Shown in pieces: positions 37,541 through 45,574 of a stretch of DNA of 46,163 nucleotides. The position numbers and the translations under genes are program-made. How positions within the stretch are numbered: position 1 is the first letter of the stretch; every line of letters begins with the position of its first letter. The DNA comes from Acidobacteriota bacterium (GTDB lineage Bacteria; Acidobacteriota; Terriglobia; JAJPHL01; JAPKYU01), in the NCBI GenBank assembly GCA_026394175.1, contig JAPKYU010000013.1, forward strand, positions 1 to 46,163, written 5' to 3'. The notes under the pieces are model-generated. The model had not been told where the DNA came from and ran no database searches. It was given only the letters and a program-made list of their open reading frames with translations.

Positions 37541-37616
37541 GATGTAGCGCCGGCGTCCCGCCGGTAATCGTCCTCCGGTCGCCGATCGGTTACCGGCGAG
37601 ACGCCGGCGCTACATC
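37541..37616. repeat. Long palindrome (27-nt arms, not heptameric)
   Basis: GATGTAGCGCCGGCGTCCCGCCGGTAA pairs with TTACCGGCGAGACGCCGGCGCTACATC. There is one mismatch and a 22-nt spacer. Confidence 0.85.
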
Positions 37617-37658
37617 CGGGGCGCGAGACGCGCAGGGGCCTGTGCTAACCTTTCAACC

Positions 37659-38879
37659 ATGGGGGGTGCGGGAACCAGTGCCGAATTCGACCTGCCCGCC
37701 GCCCTTTCCTTGCTGCCGGCCGCGCTCGACTTCACTGCGGATTTCGATTTCACCAGCGTCCCGGAAGGCCCGGGCGTGTTTCTGCTGGAGACCGGGGGCG
37801 AGTCGTTCCTGGGCAAAAGCGCCTCGCTGCGGCGGCGGCTGGCGCGGCTGCTGGCGGAATGCGGAGTGCGGGACGCCGAGCGCGGAACACCACCATCCGT
37901 GTCGCCCACTCTGCATTCCGCACTACGCACTCCGCGCCCCCGGCTGAATCTGCGGGCTGCGACCCGCCGGATCCACTACCGCGCCACCGGCTCGGCGTTT
38001 GAGACCACACTGCTGCTGTACCAGGCCATGCGGGCGCTTTATCCGCAGCGTTACCGCGAGCTGCTTCGTTTGCGGCATCCGCCGCTGCTGAAATTAAATC
38101 TCGACAACCCCTGGCCGCGGAGCTATGTGACGCGGCGGCTGGGACGCAAGCGGGCGCTTTACTACGGCCCCTTCCCCTCCCGCGCGGCCGCCGAGAAATT
38201 CGCGCCCCAGATCCTCGACCTGTTCCTGGTGCGGCGCTGCCGCGAGGAGATTCGCCCCGATCCGGCGCACCCCGGCTGCATTTACGGGGAGATGAACATG
38301 TGCCTGCGGCCGTGCCAGAACGCAGCCACTTCCGAGCAGTACCAGGAGGAGGCCGGGCGGCTGGCATCTTTCCTCACCACGGCGGGAGCTTCGCTGCTGA
38401 AGGAGCTGGAGACCGAGCGCGACCGGGCCTCCGAGGCCCTCGATTTCGAGGAGGCGGCGCGGCTGCACAAGCGCATCGAAAAGGTGCGCGAGGCGCTCAA
38501 GCACCGGCCCGACCTGGCCGTGGACCTGGAGCGGTTGCACGGCCTGGTGGTCCAGCGCGCCGCCGCGGAGCAGAGCGCCGCGCCGGCTGCGCCCGCGGTC
38601 ATGCTGTTTCCCGTGTGGCGGGGCTACCTGCTGCCGGCCATCCGGCTGGCGCTGGAAGTGATCGACGGCAAGCCGGTCTCGCTCGACGCCCGGTTGCGGG
38701 AGGCCCTTTCGGGCCTTGGTTTCCGCGGCGGCACGTCGCGCGTCCGCGCCGAGCACATGGCCCTGCTGGCGCGCTGGTACTACCGCGGCGCCCGCCAGGG
38801 CGAGTTCGTTCCCTTCGAAAGCTATGAGCGCATTCCCTTCCGCAAGGTGGTGGGAGCCATCAGCCGTGTCTTGCGCTGA
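37659..38879 (+). CDS. UvrC N-terminal-half homolog (GIY-YIG-like + Cys-rich + UVR domain) lacking the UvrC C-terminal nuclease/HhH half
   Basis: PGVFLL...FLGKSASLRRRL (GIY-YIG-like). SAFETTLLLYQAMRALYPQRY. YYGPFPS. The Cys cluster C-x12-C-x7-C-x3-C (RRCREEIRPDPAHPGCIYGEMNMCLRPC). UVR helix DFEEAARLHKRIEKV. Confidence 0.7.
   Translation: MGGAGTSAEFDLPAALSLLPAALDFTADFDFTSVPEGPGVFLLETGGESFLGKSASLRRRLARLLAECGVRDAERGTPPSVSPTLHSALRTPRPRLNLRAATRRIHYRATGSAFETTLLLYQAMRALYPQRYRELLRLRHPPLLKLNLDNPWPRSYVTRRLGRKRALYYGPFPSRAAAEKFAPQILDLFLVRRCREEIRPDPAHPGCIYGEMNMCLRPCQNAATSEQYQEEAGRLASFLTTAGASLLKELETERDRASEALDFEEAARLHKRIEKVREALKHRPDLAVDLERLHGLVVQRAAAEQSAAPAAPAVMLFPVWRGYLLPAIRLALEVIDGKPVSLDARLREALSGLGFRGGTSRVRAEHMALLARWYYRGARQGEFVPFESYERIPFRKVVGAISRVLR
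37853..37939. repeat. GCGGAGT-family heptamer inverted repeat located inside the UvrC-like CDS
   Basis: GGCGGAATGCGGAGTGCGGG ... CTGCATTCCGCACTACGCACTCCGCGCCC. It is translated as ...AECGVRDAERGTPPSVSPTLHSALRTPR... Confidence 0.75.
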
Positions 38880-39185
38880 TCAGACGGCCACCAGGACGTC
38901 TTCCCCTTCCACCTTCACTTCGTAGCAGCGGGTCTTGACGGCGGGATCGTGCGCGCACTCCCCGGTCTTCAGGTTCCATTGCCAGAAATGCCAGGGGCAT
39001 TCGACCAGATCGCCGCTGATCTGGCCCTCGGCCAGCGGGCCGCCCTGGTGCAGGCATTCGCCGTCGATGGCGAAGATCTGCCCCTCGAGATTGGCCAGGA
39101 GAATCTTGCGGTCACCGGCGCTCACCTCCCGCATGGCGCCGGCGGCGATGTCGGAAAAGCGCGCAACTTTGAAGAAACTGGGCAA
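38880..39185 (-). CDS. Rieske [2Fe-2S] ferredoxin-type protein
   Basis: CLHQGGPL ... CPWHFW (the CxH ... CxxH ligands). The start is TTG, the only start codon upstream of the conserved N-terminus. Confidence 0.82.
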   Translation of the reverse strand: MPSFFKVARFSDIAAGAMREVSAGDRKILLANLEGQIFAIDGECLHQGGPLAEGQISGDLVECPWHFWQWNLKTGECAHDPAVKTRCYEVKVEGEDVLVAV

Positions 39186-39219
39186 CCTGGCACCTGACGC
39201 CTGAAAGCTGGACGGACAA

Positions 39220-39780
39220 CTATCGCGGATTCGGAACCTGGGCGATCATCACGCGCTTCTTGAAGTCCTCGACCATCGAGGGCTCCAGGCGCACCTCGGT
39301 GGGCCGCTTGGCCAGCGTCATGTGGTCGATCTTGTCCTGCAGCTTCAGCAGGGCGTAGAAGAGGTTTTCGGGACGGGGCGGGCAGCCGATGACGTACACA
39401 TCCACCGGCACGATCTTGTCCACGCCCTGCAGGACCGCATAGGTGTTGAACGGGCCGCCGACACTGGAGCAGGCGCCCATCGAGATCACCCATTTCGGCT
39501 CGGGCATCTGCTCGTAAATGCGCTTCAGCGGCGGAGCCATCTTCAGGGTGACAGTGCCGGCCACAATCATCAAGTCGGACTGCCGCGGGCTGGGCCGGAA
39601 CACCTCGGCGCCAAACCGCGCGATGTCGAACCGCGAGGTGCCGGCGGCGATCATTTCGATGGCGCAGCAGGCCAGGCCGAACGTCAGCGGCCAGATCGAT
39701 GACTGCCGCGCCCAGTTAAACACGTAGTCAACGGTGGTGATAATGAAGTTCTTCTCAAACCTGTTGTCAAGAACACCCAT
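39220..39780 (-). CDS. nuoB: NADH-quinone oxidoreductase subunit B (NuoB/NQO6 family), not adjacent to other nuo genes
   Basis: [20 protein letters not shown] and VIGCPPRPE cluster-N2 ligand motifs. I chose the ATG at 39778-39780. The 343-aa track ORF extension was rejected because it is antisense to the corrinoid protein gene. Confidence 0.9.
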   Translation of the reverse strand: MGVLDNRFEKNFIITTVDYVFNWARQSSIWPLTFGLACCAIEMIAAGTSRFDIARFGAEVFRPSPRQSDLMIVAGTVTLKMAPPLKRIYEQMPEPKWVISMGACSSVGGPFNTYAVLQGVDKIVPVDVYVIGCPPRPENLFYALLKLQDKIDHMTLAKRPTEVRLEPSMVEDFKKRVMIAQVPNPR

Positions 39781-39948
39781 TCTCGGTCGGCTCCGTTGAT
39801 GGAGAATCCCTTCCACCAAAGGATAGCATATGGGGCACGGCCGCGGTAAGCGGGAGACGGGAAAGTCCGGAGGTGGCGCAGGGGCGCGCGGATACACGCG
39901 GATTACGCTATACTGGCCGGACAATTCGCTTATGAGGCAGGAGGATGG

Positions 39949-40605
39949 ATGACGGACCTGAAGGGACTCTATGATGCGATCCTGAACGGCGACGCGAAAG
40001 CCGCCGCCGCGTTGACCGCCCAGGCGCTGGCGGAGGAGCGCGACCCGCTGGAGATGGTCAACCAGTACATGTCGCCGGCCATGGACGAAGTGGGCCGGCG
40101 CTTCGAAGCGGAAGAATATTTCGTGCCCGAGTTGCTGTTGTCGGCGCGGGCCATGAAAGCCGCGCTGGCGCTGGTCCGGCCGCTGCTGGCCGCCCGCGGC
40201 GCGAAGCCCGCCGGGCGCGTGGCGATTGGCACAGTGAAAGGCGACCTGCACGACATCGGCAAGAACCTGGTAGCCTCGCTGCTGGAAGGCGGCGGGTTCC
40301 AGATCCAGGACCTGGGCGCCGATGTCAGTGCGGAGAAGTTTGTCCAGGCGGCTCGCGACGGCGATGCCCAGATCATTGCCCTCTCGGCGCTGTTGACGGT
40401 CACCATGCGCGGGATGAAAACCACCATCGACGCGCTGAAGGAAGCCGGCGTGCGCGACCGCGTCAAAGTGATCGTGGGTGGGGCTCCCATCACCCAGAGA
40501 TACGCCGACGAGATCGGCGCCGACGGATATGCGGAAAACGCCAGCGCGGCGGTGGCCCTGACCCGCAGGCTGGTTGGCGCCGGCCCGCAGGCCGTCCTGC
40601 AGTAA
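39949..40605 (+). CDS. Cobalamin (B12)-binding corrinoid protein (B12-binding_2 cap + Rossmann domain)
   Basis: The DxHxxG motif (GDLHDIGKN), SALLT and VIVGGAP blocks. AGGAGG RBS at 39938-39943. Confidence 0.85.
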   Translation: MTDLKGLYDAILNGDAKAAAALTAQALAEERDPLEMVNQYMSPAMDEVGRRFEAEEYFVPELLLSARAMKAALALVRPLLAARGAKPAGRVAIGTVKGDLHDIGKNLVASLLEGGGFQIQDLGADVSAEKFVQAARDGDAQIIALSALLTVTMRGMKTTIDALKEAGVRDRVKVIVGGAPITQRYADEIGADGYAENASAAVALTRRLVGAGPQAVLQ

Positions 40606-40632
40606 GTGCGGAGTGCGGAGTGTGGGGTGGGG
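40606..40632. repeat. Single arm of the GCGGAGT heptamer family immediately after the corrinoid protein stop codon
   Basis: GTGCGGAGTGCGGAGTGTGGGGTGGGG. I see no convincing local partner arm. Confidence 0.7.
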
Positions 40633-40665
40633 AATAAACGCTTTCTCAGCACTCAGCTCTTTCGA

Positions 40666-41202
40666 TTACCCGCGAAAAACCTCCGGCTTCAGCACCGCCA
40701 CGTAGGGCAGGTTGCGGTAGTGCTGCTGGTAATCCAGGCCGTAGCCCACCACGAAGCGGTCGGGGATCTCAAAGCAGCGATAGCGCAACGGCACATCCGC
40801 CAGGCGCCGCGGTTTCTTATCCAGGAAGGCGCAGGCGGCCAGGCTGGAGGGCTGGCGCAGCGTCAAGGTCTTCATCAGGTAACGCAGGGTCAAGCCGGTA
40901 TCGACGATGTCCTCCACCAACAGGACATGCTGGCCGGCGATGCTCTCGTCCAGGTCCTTGGCGATGCGCACCATGCCGCTGCCGGAGGCCAGCGGGAACG
41001 GCGATACGGCTAGAAAATCCATGCGCACCGGCAGCGGCAGGGCGCGGGCCAGGTCGGCCGCGAAAAACACGGCGCCGCGCAGCACGGTGACCAGGGTGAT
41101 TTCCTTTTCCTGGTAGTCCGCCGCGATTTCGCCGGCCACCCGCTCGATGGCCGCGCGGATCTCCTCCTCGGTAAACAGCACGCGCTCCAGGTCTTCGTGC
41201 AT
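40666..41202 (-). CDS. hpt: Hypoxanthine phosphoribosyltransferase
   Basis: PRPP-binding loop VLLVEDIVDTGLTL and C-terminal YRNLPYV. Confidence 0.9.
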   Translation of the reverse strand: MHEDLERVLFTEEEIRAAIERVAGEIAADYQEKEITLVTVLRGAVFFAADLARALPLPVRMDFLAVSPFPLASGSGMVRIAKDLDESIAGQHVLLVEDIVDTGLTLRYLMKTLTLRQPSSLAACAFLDKKPRRLADVPLRYRCFEIPDRFVVGYGLDYQQHYRNLPYVAVLKPEVFRG

Positions 41203-41239
41203 ACGCAGAGTTTAAAGTTTCAAGTTCAAAGTTCCGGAT

Positions 41240-41512
41240 CTACAGGAAGGCCACGGACTGGAGGCCCGACACCTCGAAGCGCTTCCGGCAGCGCATGTTC
41301 TTGCACTGCACCATGTCGTCGCGGCGCACGCTGTAGGACTTGGCCGAAGCAAAACGGCGCCGGTCCTGCTCGCCGGCGTGAGGCGGCAGGGACGCTTTCT
41401 TTTTCCGCTGCACCCAGCGCAAATCGTAGGTTTCGCTCTGGCGGCAAGACGGGCAGTGCAGCGTCGCCGGCAGCGTCACTTCGGTCTCGACGAAGAAGTC
41501 TTTTTCTTCCAT
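41240..41512 (-). CDS. Small hypothetical protein with Cys pairs (CxxC ... CxxxxC), 90 aa
   Basis: HCPSCRQ and CKNMRCRK. It sits between the SPFH gene and hpt on the same strand. I recognise no family. Confidence 0.5.
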   Translation of the reverse strand: MEEKDFFVETEVTLPATLHCPSCRQSETYDLRWVQRKKKASLPPHAGEQDRRRFASAKSYSVRRDDMVQCKNMRCRKRFEVSGLQSVAFL

Positions 41513-41625
41513 GCAGCCTTCATCCCCTATTCTAAATGCCGATTTCCCCGCCTTCAGGTGCGCAGCCTCAGCGTCTCTGCGGTGAGTTCCTCGGTTGCGG
41601 CCATCGCCGCGCCGTGCCTTTGTGA

Positions 41626-42396
41626 TTACGAGCCCGGGATGGCCGCCTTCAGCTTTCCTTCAAACGCCTTCAGGATGTCAATGGGGAGCGGGAAGACGAT
41701 GGTGGTGTTCTTCTCCGTGCCGATTTCGGTAAGCGTCTGCAGGTAGCGCAGGGTGATAGTCAGCGGTTCGGTCGCCATGGTGTGGGCGGCGGCGGCCAGC
41801 CGCTCGGCGGCCGAGTATTCGCCCTCGGCGTGGATGATCTTGGCGCGGCGCTCGCGCTCGGCTTCTGCCTGTTTGGCGATGGCCCGCTGCATCTCGGTCG
41901 GCAGGTCGACCTGCTTCACTTCCACCTTGGCCACCTTGATGCCCCAGGGCTCGGTGTCCAGGTCCAGGATGCTTTGCAGCCGGGTGTTCAGCTTCTCGCG
42001 CTGCGACAGCAGTTCGTCCAGCTCCACCTCGCCCAGCACGCTGCGCAGCGTGGTCTGGGCAAGCTGCGAGGTGGCGTACAGGTAGTTGGCTACCTCGACG
42101 ACCGCCTTGCGCGTCTCGATCACCCGGAAATAAATGACCGCGTTCACTTTCACGCTCACGTTGTCGCGCGTGATGACGTCCTGCTGGGGCACTTCCATCA
42201 CCTCCAGCCGCAGCGAGACGCGCACCATGCGGTCGATGGGCGCGAACACCAGCACCAGGCCCGGCCCCTTGGCCGCGGCCAGCAGCCGGCCCAGGCGGAA
42301 GATGACGCCGCGCTCGTATTCGTTGAGGATCTTGATGGAGCTGATCAGGTAAATGGCGATGATGATAATCGCCAGCAAGGTGCCGCTAATCGGCAT
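41626..42396 (-). CDS. SPFH/Band-7 (stomatin-like) protein
   Basis: Stomatin-like core ([48 protein letters not shown]). I chose the ATG at 42394-42396, 5 nt after GGAGG. Confidence 0.9.
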   Translation of the reverse strand: MPISGTLLAIIIIAIYLISSIKILNEYERGVIFRLGRLLAAAKGPGLVLVFAPIDRMVRVSLRLEVMEVPQQDVITRDNVSVKVNAVIYFRVIETRKAVVEVANYLYATSQLAQTTLRSVLGEVELDELLSQREKLNTRLQSILDLDTEPWGIKVAKVEVKQVDLPTEMQRAIAKQAEAERERRAKIIHAEGEYSAAERLAAAAHTMATEPLTITLRYLQTLTEIGTEKNTTIVFPLPIDILKAFEGKLKAAIPGS

Positions 42397-42409
42397 ACGC
42401 ACCTCCGAA

Positions 42410-42506
42410 AAGTTAAGAGTTATGAGTTAAGAGTTAAGAGTTGGCCAACCCGCCCGGGATGACTGCAGTTCCCAATCCATAACTCTTAACTCTTAACTCT
42501 TAATTC
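42410..42506. repeat. Heptamer hairpin (GAGTTAA units) between the NfeD and SPFH genes, overlapping the NfeD 3' end
   Basis: AAGTTAAGAGTTATGAGTTAAGAGTTAAGAGTTGG ... CCATAACTCTTAACTCTTAACTCTTAATTC. Confidence 0.85.
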
Positions 42507-43874
42507 TTCGCCCTCGGGCTCGACCTTCAGAAGCAGGCCCTCGACGGCCCGCACGCGCACCCGGGCGCCGCGCAGCACCGGGGTGCTGCTGACGGCATTC
42601 CAGATTTCGCCGTGGACAAAGATCTTGCCTTCCGGCGCCAGGTCGGTCTGCGCCGTCCCGATTTGGTCCACCAGGCCCGCTTCGCCCGTGGTGACCTTGC
42701 TCTTCCAGGCCTGAATGGCCAGGCGCAGCAGTAACGTGGTGATCACGCCGAGCGGAATGGCTACCGAGAGTGCGGTCGTCAGTTTCACCTTCATCTCCGG
42801 AACGGGCGCGTTGATAAGGATCAGAGCGCCGATCACCATGGCCGCGATGCCGCCGGCGGCCAGCACGCCATGGGTCATGAATTTGGCCTCCAGAACGAAG
42901 AAAACGAACGCCAGGACGATCAGCAGCGCACCCGTCCAGTTGATGGGCAACAGGGACAGGGCGAACATGCCGAGCACCAGCATGATGGCCCCGGCCACCC
43001 CGGGCACGATCAGACCCGGATGCGTGAATTCAATATACAGGCCCAGCGCGCCCAGCGCCAGCAGGATGAAGGCGATGTTGGGATCGATGATGTGGCGCAG
43101 GAACTCGTACCGGGCACTGCCGGTGTAATCGTCCAACCGCGCGTTGGCCAGGCGCAGGGTCACCTGGCGGCCGTCGAAGCGCCGGATGGTCTTGCCGTCC
43201 ATCTTGGCCAGCAGGTCGTGCGGCGAATCGGCGACTACATCGATCAGGCGCTCCTTGAGGGCCTCGGTTTCGGTGAAGGACTTGCTTTCCAGGATGCCCT
43301 TCTGGGCCAGGTCGGGGTTGCGGCCGCGCTTGCCGGCGATAGAGCGGACGTAGGCGGCGGCATCCTGCTCGACCTTCTGCTTCATCACCTCGTCCATCTT
43401 CTCGCCCAGCAACACCGGGTGCGCGGCGCCGGTGTTGGTTCCGGGGGCCATGGAGGCCACGTCGCAGGAGAGCAGGATCACGAAGCCGGCGGAGGCCGCG
43501 CGGCTGCCGCTGGGCCCCACCCAGGCCATCACCGGCACCGGGGAGGCCAGGATCTTCTCCACGATGGCGCGCATGGAGGAGTCCAGCCCGCCCGGCGTGC
43601 TCAGCCGCAGCAGCACCGCTTCGGCATGCTGGGCCGCCGCTTTGTTCAACCCCTGCTCGACGTATTCGGCGGTCAGCGGGTGGACCATGCCGTCCAGGTC
43701 GATTTCCAGCACCAGCGGCTGCCGGGCAGCCTCGGCGGCCGGGGAGACAGCGCCGCGGTTGACGCCCGGGGCCAGCAAGACCAGCAGCGCCAGGGCGGCC
43801 ACCGCCGCCGGGAGTCCGCCACTCCGCACTCCGCACTCCGCACTCCGCATTTTGTTCATCCGAAATCTATTCAT
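42486..43874 (-). CDS. NfeD-family membrane-bound ClpP-class serine protease
   Basis: ClpP-like N-terminal domain (LSTPGGLDSSMRAI, GSRAASAGFVIL). Multi-TM middle region. C-terminal NfeD OB-fold (GKIFVHGEIWNAVS). It is paired with the SPFH gene downstream. Confidence 0.85.
   Translation of the reverse strand: MNRFRMNKMRSAECGVRSGGLPAAVAALALLVLLAPGVNRGAVSPAAEAARQPLVLEIDLDGMVHPLTAEYVEQGLNKAAAQHAEAVLLRLSTPGGLDSSMRAIVEKILASPVPVMAWVGPSGSRAASAGFVILLSCDVASMAPGTNTGAAHPVLLGEKMDEVMKQKVEQDAAAYVRSIAGKRGRNPDLAQKGILESKSFTETEALKERLIDVVADSPHDLLAKMDGKTIRRFDGRQVTLRLANARLDDYTGSARYEFLRHIIDPNIAFILLALGALGLYIEFTHPGLIVPGVAGAIMLVLGMFALSLLPINWTGALLIVLAFVFFVLEAKFMTHGVLAAGGIAAMVIGALILINAPVPEMKVKLTTALSVAIPLGVITTLLLRLAIQAWKSKVTTGEAGLVDQIGTAQTDLAPEGKIFVHGEIWNAVSSTPVLRGARVRVRAVEGLLLKVEPEGEELRVKS
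43814..43850. repeat. (ACTCCGC)x4 tandem heptamer array, a single arm of the GCGGAGT family, inside the 5' end of the NfeD ORF
   Basis: Four exact ACTCCGC units at 43821-43848, preceded by one degenerate unit. On the minus strand it encodes MRSAECGVRSGG. Confidence 0.85.
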
Positions 43875-45475
43875 GGCGAACGCATCTGAATGGTCTGCAG
43901 GACCGAGCGGGCGGCCACGTTGCCCGGCTCCATCGACAGCACCTGCTGCGCGTGTCGCTGCGCCTCCTGCAGCTTATTCTGCTCCAGATAGACCTTGGCG
44001 AGCAACAGGTGGGCGTCCACGGGCTTGGGGGCGGCCAGCGCCAGCTCCGCCTCGCGGATGGCCTCCTCTTTCTGCCCGCCGCGCTCGTAGAGCCGGGCCA
44101 GCAGCAGGTGGGTGTCGGAGGCCTGGGGATCCAGCGTCGCAGCCTCTTTCAATTCGTTGAGGGCTTCGGCGTCGTTCTGCTCGCGGAACAGGTCGCGGCC
44201 GCGCTCCAGGTGCACCTGCGCATGCTGGGTCCTGGGCAGGCGCGAAAGCTTCTCCTCGTCCAGGGTCTGCAGCGTCAGTTGCAACTGGCGGAAACTGGGC
44301 TCGTCGTAATTGCGCTTGATGCGCTCCAGGCCCTCCAGGGCGCGGTCATCCAGGTTGGTGAAGCGGAGGCCGGCAGGATTGCGGCTGAGCAGCTCGCGCT
44401 CGCGCGCCGCGTCGGCCGTGTTGCCGGCGCGCTCCAGCGACTTCAGCAGCACGGCCCGCGCTTCGGCGTCGTTGGGGCGGCCGGCCAGCACCAGCCGCAG
44501 GCGCCGCGCGGCCGACGCGTATTGGCCGTTCCGGTAATACCAGTAGCCGACGTTGAACTGGTAATCGGCGTCGGCCGGATCGGCGTCCGCCGCCTTGCGG
44601 AAGTTGTCCAGCGCCGCCCGGCGGTTCAGCCGCGACTGCGCGGCCCCCAGGTTGTTGTACACCTCGTTCAGCGGCAGCCGCGCGGCCACCGCCTGCAACG
44701 CGGTCTCCGCCTTGTCGTAGTCTTCCCGCCGGAAATAGCAGATGCCCAGCAGGAAGTTGGCCTCCAGGTAGTTGCTCTCGTCGTGCTTCAGCTTCGAGAG
44801 CCAGAGAATGGCCGTGGCATAGTCGCGGCTCTGAAAATAGATTTTGCCAAGCTGCAGGGCGGCCCGGCTGAGGCCCGGCTCAAGCCGCACGGCCTCGCGG
44901 AAATACTTGATCTGCTGGGGGCGCGAAGAGGCCGAGAGGCCGCGGATGTAATTCTCCCAGGCGTCGAGGCGGAGGCGCGGCGGCGCGGGCGACAGGGTGA
45001 TGCCCGGCAACTGTCCGGCCAGCGCCTCGGCCACCCGGTCCTGGATGTTCAGCAACTCCGGCAGCGGGGCCGCTGCCTCGGCCCTGCCGGCCAGCTTGGG
45101 CGGGTGCATTTCCAGAACGTCGGCGCTGGCGCGGAGCTGGTTGGTGGCGGGCTCCAGCGTGAACTGGCCGATGATCACGCAATCGGCGTCGGTGGTTTCG
45201 GCCAGCTTCAGAATGGTGGCGCGGCTCAGGATGCCGGCCGGGGGAATGCCCAGCGCGTCGAAGGCCGCCGCGCGCTCCTCCCGGGTGACCACGTAGGTCT
45301 GCGGCCCGGTGAAGCGGTCCGACAGCGCTTCCACCAAGCTCTCGCCGATCCATTCCAGGCTGGCATTGCGCGTCTGGTTTTCGAACGGGAGAATCAGCAC
45401 GGTGCCGCCGGCCGCCGCTGCCGCAAGCAGGAGGGGCAACACCCCCGCCAGGCAGAGCCTCCGCACAAGTCTCAT
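43871..45475 (-). CDS. Tetratricopeptide-repeat protein with a signal peptide
   Basis: Signal peptide plus LILPFEN...EWIGESL N-domain, then multiple TPR units. The stop overlaps the NfeD start (ATGA). I chose the ATG at 45473-45475. Confidence 0.8.
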   Translation of the reverse strand: MRLVRRLCLAGVLPLLLAAAAAGGTVLILPFENQTRNASLEWIGESLVEALSDRFTGPQTYVVTREERAAAFDALGIPPAGILSRATILKLAETTDADCVIIGQFTLEPATNQLRASADVLEMHPPKLAGRAEAAAPLPELLNIQDRVAEALAGQLPGITLSPAPPRLRLDAWENYIRGLSASSRPQQIKYFREAVRLEPGLSRAALQLGKIYFQSRDYATAILWLSKLKHDESNYLEANFLLGICYFRREDYDKAETALQAVAARLPLNEVYNNLGAAQSRLNRRAALDNFRKAADADPADADYQFNVGYWYYRNGQYASAARRLRLVLAGRPNDAEARAVLLKSLERAGNTADAARERELLSRNPAGLRFTNLDDRALEGLERIKRNYDEPSFRQLQLTLQTLDEEKLSRLPRTQHAQVHLERGRDLFREQNDAEALNELKEAATLDPQASDTHLLLARLYERGGQKEEAIREAELALAAPKPVDAHLLLAKVYLEQNKLQEAQRHAQQVLSMEPGNVAARSVLQTIQMRSP

Positions 45476-45514
45476 CAAAGGCTGTCTCCCCCGTTATTAT
45501 AGCCCCATCGCCAG

Positions 45515-45574
45515 CCGGAAGGCGGAAGGCAGTAGGCAGAAAGCAGAAGGCGGAAGGCGGAAAGCCGAAAGCGG
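45515..45574. repeat. Left arm of the GGCRGAA-family heptamer inverted repeat flanking the four-helix-bundle gene
   Basis: CCGGAAGGCGGAAGGCAGTAGGCAGAAAGCAGAAGGCGGAAGGCGGAAAGCCGAAAGCGG. It ends 1 nt before the stop codon of the enclosed gene. Confidence 0.85.

Noticed and set aside
39859-39870. GGAAAGTCCGG, which resembles the conserved CR-I motif of RNase P RNA. I also considered a cobalamin riboswitch upstream of the B12-binding protein gene.
   Set aside because: The whole spacer is only about 168 nt, too short for RNase P RNA. I see no other RNase P conserved regions and no recognisable B12-box. The motif alone is not evidence.
39781-40251. N-terminal extension of the nuoB ORF (the track gives 343 aa).
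   Set aside because: The extension is antisense to the well-supported B12-binding protein gene. NuoB homology starts at [12 protein letters not shown] (ATG at 39780).
43814-43850. The tandem heptamer arrays (here and at the other loci) as possible CRISPR arrays or ordinary microsatellites.
   Set aside because: There are no spacers, the units are only 7 nt, there are no cas genes, and the arrays come as inverted pairs. They are treated as a distinct hairpin class.
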